Positions 49,081 through 61,300 of a stretch of DNA of 64,000 bases are shown here, one piece after another. Source of the stretch: Azolla caroliniana (lineage: Eukaryota; Plantae; Polypodiophyta). A program made the position numbers and the translations under genes. The notes beneath the pieces were generated by a model. That model was given only the letters and a program-made list of their open reading frames with translations. It searched no databases and had not been told where the DNA came from. The stretch lies in NCBI GenBank assembly GCA_043228905.1, contig JBHGNT010000016.1, positions 16,120,001 to 16,184,000 of the forward strand, written 5' to 3'. The first letter of the stretch is position 1; each line of letters begins with the position of its first letter.

Positions 49081-50606
49081 TTCAATTAGGGAGGTCAAAG
49101 GGTTGAGGTGTGGGTGTGACCTGTGGTCCCGATGAAGGTACCCCAACCATGGCTTGTAGGCAGTGTAACTCACGTTGCCTTATTTTCTTAATTGCTTCTA
49201 CACCACATTGAGTTGCATTGAAACCTGACATCCGAAGGCGTTTTGTTCTTCTTTGGTTTTTTGCTTCATCAATGAAGATGCTGAGTGGTGCATGTGTGTG
49301 CACATTCATTGTCTCACCCTGTCCTTGAAAAACTTCATTGGCTACATGATGGTCAATATTAAAAAAGTTATTGTTAACATTTTGTAGTTTATTCTCTTTA
49401 TTTTGTTTAGCTCTAAGATATATCTACCTAATTTCCTTATATCTAGAGTATCTAATAGTCTGGAGAGGGTGGGAGAGGGTCTGAGTATGTCTTGGTATTT
49501 TCCCCTTATCTCGGCATAAGTTGGACACTTGCATGTAAAGTGGTACTCATCCTCTATCTCTATGTGATATAATCTAAATATTCTTTCCTCTCTAGGGACC
49601 CCATTATTATGATTATTCTCAATCTCAAGTTGGTGAGACGATAGTCTAAGTTTTCCAATGGCAAGCCTTACTGCATTTGGTAAGAATACATCCAGATATG
49701 TCTTGTAATAAAGCCTAACTTAAAGAAGTGCATGAAGTGTTCTTTATAGTACAACATTTTAGATGGAAGTGGCTCTAGTGGGGTGATCAATTTATATCGA
49801 GTGTAAATTTTTCATATTTCTTGGCATATTACTTTATTACGGTTTTCATGAGAGATTAAAGTTTTATCAATCTCGTGATTGTACCTAAGCGGAGCTAGGT
49901 TATTAATGTCTAAGTTGTTTGCATGAAGCCAACTCACCATCATGCTATACCAAGACCTAGTATATCTGGACTCATAAAGTGATTGAGATGCCTCAAAAGT
50001 GTAGTGAGATATCCTATCTTGTGGTTCGCTATGTATCCTATGAATAAAGATTACAAATTGAAAACGTTCTTCTACTAACATCGGGGGTAAAATGAACTCA
50101 ACTCTAATAATGTCATGTGGTATTGTTGATTTACTTCGGAGTTGACTTGATAACATCATCACCAATGGTCTCTCTAATGGCATCCACATGAAAGATGGTA
50201 ACCCTAGAGCCCAAACCACTGGTGCATGTACATGAGGGAAGCTGTCATGGACGTAGACGATGGCAAGTTCAAGTAGGCGAGCTCAATATTAAGAATGAGA
50301 GAAAGATAGATATATAGATAGAGAGGAGCATAGACAAGAGAACAAGAGAGAGAGAGAGGGTAGACCAAAGAGCGAGAACTAAAATATGCTTCCGTAACTG
50401 GTGTTGTTCACCTTGACTGTAATCAAGGTGCACCGAAGTATTTATACAAGAATGTGGTGGTATGCATGTAAGCTAGGAAACATCTAGAGAATGCATGGAA
50501 ACTTCTACAGAGTGCACGTCCATGCATTCTCTAGAAGTTTCTTGAAAGTTCTAGCGATTAACTTACAATGTAATAAGTTGAAACTTATCCAATATAATAA
50601 TGCATA

Positions 50607-50681
50607 GATGGAATGTAGCTCAATTGGTAAGGTTGCCCAATAAGAACAAGAGGTCATGGGTTCAACCCCCTACATTCCATC
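50607..50681 (+). ncRNA. tRNA-like module at the U3 end of the G3 3' LTR
   Basis: 12-bp inverted repeat GATGGAATGTAG/CTACATTCCATC bounding TAGCTCAATTGG (A-box) and GGTTCAACCCC (B-box). Confidence 0.65.
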
Positions 50682-53600
50682 ATGTCTATGACATTATCCT
50701 CCCTCTAAGGCTGCATTCCGTTGATGAAAATCGTAGTTGGCTTATGTGGTCAACCTTATATTCTTCGCCCGTCGACAATTCCACAGGTGGCGGTGGAGGA
50801 GGGTGTCATCCTGGAATTTGAGAAGGATGGTAGAGTTCGTGGAGGGAAACGTGATAAACATCGTGAATCTTGAATGTTTGAGGAAGTGCTAACCTAAAGG
50901 TGACTGTTGATCTGCTCGATAATACGAAAGGGGCCTAGTCTTTTGTAGTCCAATTTTGCACAAGGACGTGTGGTGGCGATGTGACGACGTAACAACCTAG
51001 CCATGTCCCCGATTGCAAACGTCGGTGCAGCTAAGTGATGTCGGTCCGCTTGATATTTATAGTGGTCACCAGCAACATGGAGCTCCAAGGAGAGGTCACG
51101 ATGGACATCGTGTAAAAGTGCGGGCACACATCTTTGCCAAAGGATTGATTGAAGTTGCAGGTATGGAAATGCTGAAACGAGAGTGAAATCCATAGTTTGC
51201 AAAGAAGGGGGAAATCTTAGTCGAAGCATGGATACTATTATTGTAAGCAAATTCCACCATTGCAAGGAAGTCCACCCAATCCTCCTGTTGGTAGCTCATG
51301 GTACACTGAAGGTATTGTTCGAGGATTTGGTTGACTCGCTCCATTTGTCCATCAGTTTGAGGATGGTATGCTGAGGACAAGTTGACAGAAGTCCCGAATG
51401 TTTGCATAAGTCATCGCCAAAAGTGGGAAATGAACTGAGAACCTCGATTAGAGGTGATATCCTCGGGTAAGCCGTGTAATCGAATAACATTTTTAAGAAA
51501 AAGATCCGTTGTCTCTTCCCCGGAAATGGTTTTGGAACATGGAACCAAGTGAGCCATCTTCGAAAACCGATCAACAACGACTAGCACCGTGTCATGTCCA
51601 CCAACTAGAGGGAGGTCAATGATAAAGTCCATGGATAGAGAGACCCATGGTCGACATGGAATGGGGAGCGAGTGGAGAAGACCATATGGCCGATGGTGAG
51701 GTGTTTTGGACCGAGCACATACATCACATGTCTTGATAAATTCCTTGACAAATTTCCATGGTTGGGGCCACCAAAACCCTCGAGATAGCAATTCCAAGGT
51801 TTTCGTAACCCCAAAGTGGCTGGCAAGAGGATCATCATGACAGTTTTGTAGAACCCGTCCCGTGTATGACATGATCCTTCGAGAACGTACAAGAGATGAT
51901 TATGATATAGTAACCCATCTCGGGTTGTAAATTAGTTGAGATATGAGCTTTTCATGTCCGGAGATGGTTCCTTAATGCGGCCCATGATTTCTTTGGCGAA
52001 TGGGTTTGACACAGTTGTCGTGGCGATCTCGTTGAGCAAAGAATCATCATGTAACATGCAGGTGGCGAACATCTGAAGTTGATCGGGCCACAATAAAAAA
52101 TGGGATTGTTGTGAATATGCATCATCTCCTGGGCGCAATGCAAAATCAAGTCGCCGAGAGAGGGCATCAACTTTCCCATGTTGAACTCCGGGTCGAAACA
52201 AGATCTCAAAGTCGTAGTCGGCGAGAAAAGATGACCATCGGGCTTGCCTCCGATTCAATGTACAATTGATTGTGAAGTAAATTAGATTTTTGTGGTCGGT
52301 CAACACTTGGATACGATGTTGGGCCCCAACCAAATAGGGTCAACATTTGGTGAAGGCATATATGATTGCTGCCAGCTCCTTATCGTAGACTGGATAATTA
52401 ATTTCCGGGGTGGTAAACTTCCGAGAGTAGAAGGCAATAGGACGTAGTATTCCCTCATCGTCTGATTGGGACATGACAACTCCAATGGCAAAGTCGGAGG
52501 CATCGGTTTCGACTTGGAAGGGCCTTGTGGGGTCGGGGTGGACCAACACTGGGGCTATCAGAAAAGTTGCCTTGAGGGCATCAAAAGCACGTTGCGCCAC
52601 AAAGGTCCAAAGAAATGGAGTATCTTTTCTTGTAAGGATGATTAGAGGTTGTACTAAAGTCGAAAAACCATTGATAAATTGTCGATAGAAATTTGCAAAA
52701 CCAAGAAATGATTGTACCTCTTTTAACCGAGTAGGGACAGGCCAATCGGTGATTGCCGCTACCTTGCGTGCATCCATTGTGATCCAAGAGGGTGAAATCA
52801 CGTAGCCTAGGAATTGAACAGAGATCCGATCAAATTCACATTTCTCCCTTTTGGCGTAAAATCCATGTTCCCGAAGTCTGGATAGGACCAATCGGACGTA
52901 TCGGGTGTGCTCCTCTATGTTGGAAGAAAAAACTAAAATGTCGTCAAGGTAGATCACCACGAAGTGATCGAGATACTCCCGGAATATATTGTTCATCATG
53001 TACTGAAAGATCGCAGGGGCGTTGGTGAAACCAAAAGGCATCACCTTGTACTCGAAATGTCCATAGCGTGTTTAGAAGGCCGTTTTCCACTCATCTCCTG
53101 GCTTGATACACACCAGATTGTAGGCTCCCCACAGGTCGATTTCGGAGAAGATACGCCCGGTTCGAAGTCGGTCAAGAAGTGTTGGAATTAAAGGCAAGGG
53201 GTAACGATTACGTACCGTAATTTTGTTGAAGCCCCGATAATCCACACATAGGCGTAATGAGCCGTCCTTCTTCTTGACAAATAAGATTAGGGCTCTAGCC
53301 GGTGATTTGGAGGGTTGAATGAATCCCTTGGCGAGGTTTTCATCTAGATATGTGCGAAGGGCCTCAAGTTCGGGTTCAGATAACCCATAGATGGGCCCAA
53401 ATGGTGGGTGTGCGCCATCTTGGAGTTCGATTGGTCAATCATAGGGGCGATGTGCCGGCAACCGGTGTGCATTTCATTTTTTGAACACGTCCAAAAAATC
53501 GCTATATCTTGCGGGCAAATTGGTAACATGAGTAGGGGCGTCCTGTGACACAACAGGCACGGAAGCGACCACGCTAGAATCGGCCACAACGGAATCGGAA

Positions 53601-55603
53601 GCATCAGAGACTGAGTTGAAATCAGAAGAATGTGCACCCAAGCTGAAAGTAGCCCCCACACAAGGAACAATGTTTGTGGAAAGGGCCCGTGCTGGTGTTT
53701 GTGGAAAAGTGATGGAGTGGCTACACCAATCCACCATCGGATTGTGTGTTTCCAACCAGGAGAGCCCTAAAACAATTGGATGACGAGGGGTTGCAATGAG
53801 GTAGAATGTTAATACCTCCTGGTGGAACCCGACTTGAAATACCAACGGGACAATGGCTTCGGTAACTGCCCTTGAAGAGAGAACCCATCCGTCGCTAGCT
53901 TCAACAGATATGGGTTGTGTTGTGCGGACGGTTGGAATTTTATGTGCTCGGACGAACGCGATATTGATGAAACAAGTAGATGCACCAGAATCGAGCAAGG
54001 CATGGGATTTTATTGAAATAGACCCAAAACAAAGACTTACTTGCAAAGTAAAACCTTTTGTTGTCGTGACTGAATTGTAGGAGCACGAAGAACTAGGGCG
54101 ACAGGAAGTGTCCAATGGCATGGCTCCTACTGCAGCCAGACTTGCTTGTTTTCTTGTTGTCCAGAAACCTCTGCAAGACGTGCACGGTCGTTTTCTTGTT
54201 GTCGAGAAACCTCTGCAAGACATGCATGGTGGGATTGATGATGAGGGCCATGCATCGGGCAGTGGCGGATGACATGGTTGGGGGTACCACAATAGAGGCA
54301 AAGGCCATTGTCACATCGATGTTGATGTTGGGCATCGGTTAATGGTTGGAACCAAGCATGGTCGATCTCCATTGGGGTAAGGGGATCGACCTCCATCGGG
54401 GTATGAGCACTATTGGAAGATGGCAATCGTGGCGTGCTTGGCGAAACTGATATATATACAACCTTGTGAGTGGAGCATTGTGGGAGGAAGATGGAAAACC
54501 TCAAGTCCCCCGTTCCTCTTGTCGAAGCTCAAAAAGATGATTATCATATTGAACGGCTTGGGAGATTACCTGGGACAATGATGTGAGCTTCGGAAAGTTT
54601 AAGAGAAGAGTCTTGATATCATTTTGGAGGCCTCGACGAAACTGGTCGCATAAAGCTTGCTCATCCCAATTGACATCGCACGTGATCTTACGAAACTCTG
54701 AAGCATAAACGGAAGCTGAACGAGAGCCCTGTTGTAAGGAATAGAGTTTCGTGAGTGCCATTCATCGTCGATCTGTCTCTCCGAATGTGGCTTCAAGCTC
54801 CACAAGGAAGGCAGGAAAGTTGTCTAGGAGGGGTGATGAGGTCTCGATCAATGGTGCAAATCAAACTTGTGCCGGCCCAGAGAAAAGGCTGCCAACGAGG
54901 CCAACCCAGAGAAATCACTAGCATAACGTTAGGGTTGTAAGCGGATGATAAGCCGAATTTGATTGATGAAGCCACGAAGATACGCCCTCAAGCCGTTGAA
55001 TTTGTCAGGTAGGTGGACGTTAGGTTCGAGGACATATGAATGGGAAGAGGAAGGGGTTGGGTTAGATGCTGACAGAAGGTGAGGCTGAACGGGTGAAGGA
55101 TTGTTGGCTGTGCTATTTTGAAGCTCTCACAATGACTGACGAAGGCTTTCATTTTCTAATTGAAGTTGCTCCAAGGCTGCCATTACTTGGTTTAAGGCCG
55201 AGTCAGACATGTAACAAGAAGGGAAGGTGAACAAACTATCACGGACGTAGACGATGGCAAGGACAAGTAGTCGAGCTCAATATTAAGAAAGAGAGAAAGA
55301 TAGATAAATAGATAGGGAGGAGAATAGACAAGAGAACAAGAGAGAGAGAGAGAGAGGGTAGACCAAAGAGCGAGAACTAAATTATGCTTCCGTAATTGGT
55401 GTTCACCTTGATTGTAATCAAGGTGCACCGAAGTATTTATACAAGAATGTGGTGGTATGCATGTAAGCTAGGAAACATCTAGAGAATGGATGGAAACTTC
55501 TACAAAGTGCATATCTATGCATTCTCTAGAAGTTTCTTGAAAGTTCTAGTGATTAACTTACAATGTAATAAGTTGAAACTTATATACAATATAATAATGT
55601 ATA

Positions 55604-55678
55604 GATGGAATGTAGCTCAACTGGTAAGGTTGCCCAATTAGACCAAGAGGTCATGGGTTCAAACCGTTACATTCCATC
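55604..55678 (+). ncRNA. tRNA-like module at the U3 end of the G3 5' LTR
   Basis: GATGGAATGTAGCTCAACTGGTAAG...GAGGTCATGGGTTCAAACCGTTACATTCCATC. Confidence 0.65.
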
Positions 55679-58060
55679 GTGTCTATGACAGAAATGGTCA
55701 CTGATGAGTCGAAGAGCCAACCCTTAGTCCATACCTCTTCAAAGTATGCCTAGTAGTATTGTCTCTCTAAGAGTGAGAGGGATGCATATGCTCTCGAAAA
55801 TCTATCCTTTGTTGCCTATGCCATTGAAAATTTACATGAGCGGGCATTGGAAGTGACTCCACGATATACGTATGATCCAACTACCTCAATTGGTCTATGA
55901 GAGAGGGCTAGGTAACACTTAGTTTTAACTCGAGCTGTTGTGTGAAGATAGAGAATTTAGTTATTTGTTAATGCATTACCAATCCTTGTTGTGTGGAAAA
56001 GTCACCTAAGGCATTAAGGCGTCTTTGTAGGTTGTATTCAGACTCAGAGAACAAAACTATGTCGTATGCATAAAGCAAGATACTAACTTGTGTACCTCCA
56101 AGGACTATCCATTGCCTCCCTTACGAGCATTAAAATCCGTGATCTTATCAATGTAGATCCCAAAAGGAGTTAGTGATAGGAGGAAATCTTGTTTTATACC
56201 AATGGTGCTAGTGAAGCACGCAACTGTCATATAGTGAGTAGATGGCCCAAATCATGTCATCTGGTATCTTCAAGCTTTTTAAGTCTATTAAATAAACACT
56301 CTCAAAATTCCACAAAACAACAATATAACTTCTCCTTGTAAGCGTTTGTCTAGTCAATTAAGCATCTAAGCGTGAAGATATGGTCAATATTAGAGAAGCC
56401 TCGTCTAAAACTAGCTTGTTCAAGTGATCAAAGACTTAAGGTCTCCATATAATTGTTGAGCTCTACTTCCATTACTGCACCATATAATTTAGTGAGTGTA
56501 TGACCTATCATAATGGTCCTATATGTATTTGGCTCCATGGAGTCCCCCCCCCCCCCTTTATGTATGGGGACCATTGTGTTCATGGTCCACCTCAGCGAGG
56601 GCACCATTGAAGATTAAAGTTAGAAAAAGAGCTAGGCACGCTTGTGCATATATGATGTGTTCTGCTTGCAATTCTAAGTGGTCCATGGACTTCCTATGTT
56701 GTAATTTCCTTTTGACCTTTGTGATCCAAGACATTGTGAAAATTGTCCCCATGGTAGGTTGGGGTGTACAAGGCATGGGAATGGGTGGGTCGTTCAGGAC
56801 TTGATAAAGTCTCTTTGTATATGTGTGCCAAGTGTTGGGATTCTCGATGGGTGTTTGTGGTCTTGGTTCGAGTAGTCTCTTCTATGTGGTGGCCCCTTCG
56901 CTACTCATGAGCATATGGTAGAGTTCCCAATATTGAGATGTCTCCCATGCTCGTCTCTTACGACGTCTCATCTTGTGCATTTCTTTGCAAGCCTGTACTG
57001 AGGTAATAATACCATTGAGTCGCAATACTTTAAGTTTTCTATATAAGTCTTCACAATCCTCATCATACAATCTATTTTGTGGCATAAACCCTATTCTACC
57101 CTAGTTTGAGTATTTCGTGGGAAACTACTAATTGTTGCGGAGTGAAGGATGTGTGTGAATTCCATAGCTAGGTTTTCTAAAGGCAAGGAGGAATCAAGAG
57201 AGGAGTTCTGGGCTTGAACATATCAGAAGTAGATGTCAGAGAGCTCACGTGTGACATGTATTTTGGTGTGATGGCTTGGCTAACTAGAGTTACTAGCGTT
57301 GGACATATTGCCTGGCCAAATATAACATGGGGTCACTTGGAAGGAGTTAATCATGTGGATAACTTTAGGGCATCCTATTAGGTAATCAACTGTGCTTTCC
57401 CTCCTCCATGTGGGAAGCATGTGAGATCTTTTGAGCCCACCCACTTGGCTAAACCATTATATATGATCATCCGGTGCCGACTACCAAGTTCGAGCAAATG
57501 ATGGCCAAAGCTCATGGCATCTGCACCTTGATCTTTTGATCTACGTGTGACGCCTATGGCTAAAGGATCGACATTTACAATTTCTAGGTTTCCATCTATC
57601 TGAAATGTTGTGCGCTATTGGGTTTTGGTTCGTGCATTGAAATCTCCTACGAGGAAAACTTCTCCCTATGAAGAATATCAACCATGCGGTAGGAGGGAAA
57701 AATACTTTAGTACAAATTCCAACAATTCCCCCTTAGGTAAATCTTATTGACTTTGTGTATGATATAGCTAAAGATTGTTATGTTGCACATATTAAGATAT
57801 GTAGTGCATCACATAAAAATAAAGAGTTGGGAGGAGAGTCTAGTAACTCTCAACAAAAGAAGAAGTAAGGGGGAGGAAGAATAAGAAGGCTAGAAGAAGT
57901 GAAAGGAGTCTTAGTAGAAGAAAGAGAGAAGAAGGAAAGAATATTATGGACTAGTGTCATTGAGACTATTTTGGTGCTCCAAGGAGGCTCAATTCTCTCC
58001 GTACCCCAAGGAGGGCTGATTCTTTGCATACCCCACGAAGGGTAGATTCCTTCCATATCA

Positions 58061-58322
58061 TTGGAAGCCAATATGTCTTTTCAATTTGTTTTTGCAGGTG
58101 ACGGGGTCCAAGCTGTCGGATCTTTCTTGGCCACCTTCGAACATCATGCAGTATCAATAGGGAAGATGACAGAATTTGAGAAGCTTCCTCTATTGTTGGC
58201 CACTTTTTATGGAGGAGCAAGGGATTGGCATGAGTCCTTGCTACCAACCCAACAAGATACTATCTATCGGTGAAAAAATGTAAAGCTAAGTATATTCCAT
58301 GTCAAAATGGAATGGAAGTGCC
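58061..58322 (+). pseudogene. Gag-like fragment, apparently continuing after 63931
   Basis: FAGDGVQAVGSFLATFE...EKLPLLLATFYGGARDWHESL, and REELFRLRM after the G4 3' LTR. Confidence 0.45.
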
Positions 58323-61300
58323 TGTCATGATATGGCAAGACTCGAACCCATGACCTTATGTTGTATGGGTTGAGCTCTTGACCATTATACCATCTATTGT
58401 AATACATAGGATATTATTTTCATCTAAGTTTTATTATAGGAAATTAATGTATATTCCAGATTTCTCTAGAACATTCTTGAAGCTTCAAGACTCCTCCTGA
58501 GAACACTATAAAAGGAGGCACAAAGCATTATGTTGAACCAAATTGGTTCAACGCCAGTCTTAAGCCTCATAGCCTTTTTGCACTTACTCTTCATATAATA
58601 TATCATCTGTTATCATCATCTCTCTCTCTCTCTCTCTTTTGGGAGTCTTATGCAATCCCCTCCTCTTAGTACTAATAGTACTTCCCTTCTCCAGTACTAA
58701 TTCTCTCTCTATTTTAGTACTATTCCTGATAGTTTGAACCAATTTGCCTCTAGTCTTCTTTTCGGTTTCCCTCATCCTCTGACCCCCCTTTTTTCCAATA
58801 CTATGGCTACTATTAACGCCCAAGAATATCAATCAGTTTTCTCCGAGCTATAGGGTCTAAAAGAAAAATTTGTTGCCTTGGAACAAGAAAACCAACGATT
58901 GTTAGGGGATTGTCAACAAATCGCTCTAGAAAAACAACAAACGCAACAACAACATGGGGAGTTAGCGTTACGTGTACAACAACTCGAAGCAATCATCGTA
59001 GCGTTGCAACAACAAGGATCAAGACCCCAAGGATTTCATAAAGAGCACAAGATTGGACTTCCTATGAAATTCGATGGAACGTGATCACAATTCAGGGGAT
59101 TTCTTAATCAGGTCCGCTTAGTCATTCAAATGCATCCTTCCTAATACCCCACTGATGCATCCCGAATCGGCCTAATAGGCACGTTGGTTAGTGGCTCAGC
59201 CTTGGCATGGTTCGCTCCGCTTCTAGAAAAACAATCGCCCTTGCTTAATAACTTTGATGACTTTATTAGCGAGTTTAAAGCTTGCTTTGGAGATATCGAC
59301 AACATCAGGACGACGATCAACAAAATCTGACGATTGCGTCAAGGTGATCGTCCAGCCTCTGCCTACGCGGCGGATTTCCGTCTACTCGCCTCAGATATCC
59401 CCTGGGATGATCAGGCACTAATGGAGCAGTTTCGCTACGGCCTACGAAACGATGTCAAAGATTTACTCTTAACCTTCCCCGAAGAACCAAAGTCTCTTAC
59501 AGAGGCAATTAGTCGAGCAATCTGATGCGACAACCGCCTTTTCGAACAACGTTTTGAACGTCAATTACAAATACCACGCCTCAGTCACGGCTAAACCGTT
59601 TGCACGAGATGTATCTCAAGCAAATACTTCGACACCGATGGAGATCGGCACCATGTGTTGATGTGGCCCGTTATCGGAAGAAGAAAAGCAACGACGACAT
59701 ACAAATCGATTATGTCTTTATTGCGGTGGACCTGGGCATATTGCAATCAACTGTCCCCATAGGCCAAGAAGACAGGTAAATCAAAATCGTAGTCTGTACT
59801 AAACCCGAATCAATTCTTCCCTTACAAGTGTCTGATAGTATTAATAGTACTAATAGCCCAGGTATCTCAAACAAATTTGAAATCCTTAGTCAATTAGGAG
59901 AAGAGTTAAACGACTGAGTCCAACCAAAATAGGAGCTGTTTGGTTGGACAGCCCTAGATCTGTACAACCCATTAGTGGTTCCATTCCCTCCAAGAAAGTT
60001 AGCAATGTGTTCTTAGCCCAAGTCATGGTTAGTACTAAATGTACTCCTCTAGTACACGTCCTAACACTTTTAGATTCCGGAGCTGATTCTTGTTTTATGG
60101 ATCGAAATTTTGCCCAAGTTTCTCAGATATCCCTAAGAAAACTTCCTTGTCCCACATCTGTAGTAGGGATTGATGGTCGTCCTATTGCTTCTGGGAATAT
60201 TGTAGAAGAGTCAGAACCAATTCAGGTTGTCCTAGGTTGTTTTGTGGGTGTGGTATCATTTAATATAATTAGTAGTCCAGAGCATCCCATTGTCCTAGGA
60301 TTACCTTGGTTTGAATTACATAATCCAGACATAGATTGGAGAACAAGAGAAGTCCAGTATCGACAACCCCAAGAATCTACTCATCGAGTTTTGACCATTC
60401 ACTCCATCAATTACGTGAAGAAGGACACAAGGAGGCAATGTTTTTATTTGCAATATCAGTACATCCTTCCAACAATATTCAGAAGGAATCCTTAGTGCAA
60501 CTTCTGGCGAAATATCATCCTTATGCCAATGTATTTGACAAGGTAAAAGCCATTACTCTTCCTCATCATCGTCCCTACGATTGTCCCTACGATTTAAAAC
60601 CAAGAACAGAGCCACCATGGGGACCAATTTACAACTTGTCACCAACCGAGTTAGAAGTCCTTCGAGCCTACATAGAGGAGAATTAGGCAAGCGGGTTTAT
60701 TCGTCATTCGAGATCTCTAGCCGGTGCACCCATCTTCTTTGTCAAGAAGAAAGATGGATCACTTCGTCTCGTCGTTGATTACCGTGGCTTGAATAAGGTC
60801 CCCATCAGGAATAGGTATGCACTTCCTCTTATATTAGTCTTTTAGAGCGAGTAAATGGTGCAAAGTTTTTAACAAAAATCGATCTATGAGGAGCGTATAA
60901 CCTCGTGCGGATCTGACTGGGAGATGAATGGAAGATCGCCTTTCACACGTGGTATGGGCATGTCGAGTATACCGTTATGCCGTTCGGTCTAACCAATGTG
61001 CCCGTAGTCTTCCAACACATGGCAAATGATATATTCAAAGACCTCTTGGATATCTATTTGATCATCTATCTGGATGATCTATTGATTTATTCAAAGACCC
61101 AGGAAGAGCATGATTCTCATGTACTATTAGTACTAAAATGACTCCGAGAGAATGGTCTTTATGCCAAACTAGAAAAATGCAGCTTTGACTGCCAGCAAGT
61201 GGAATTTCTAGGCTACATCATCTCCTCAAAGGGCATCTCCATGGATCCGGCTAAAGTCAAAACTGTGCTAGAGTGGCAAACTCCATATTCGTTACGAGAT

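Larger units (their letters stand above)
50243..55690 (-). mobile_element. Gypsy chromovirus G3 (Tcn1-like), decayed, chromodomain truncated
   Basis: LTRs 50243-50693 and 55237-55690. Degenerate TSD GAAGC/GAAAT. PPT AGAGGGAGGATAA. ALLDSGAST, IYLDDILVFS, ETDASDFAIG, SMDFIIDLP, HPQTDGQ, GPFRI. Confidence 0.9.
49082..57800 (-). mobile_element. Longer degenerate RTE/RTEX-like LINE (APE-RT-CCHC), interrupted by G3
   Basis: 49082-50242 is homologous to 12340-13490. Beyond 55691 the minus strand reads SILLYAYDIVL (YADD-like), YRTIMIGHTLTKLY and STVDYLIG (endonuclease). The 5' limit is approximate. Confidence 0.75.
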
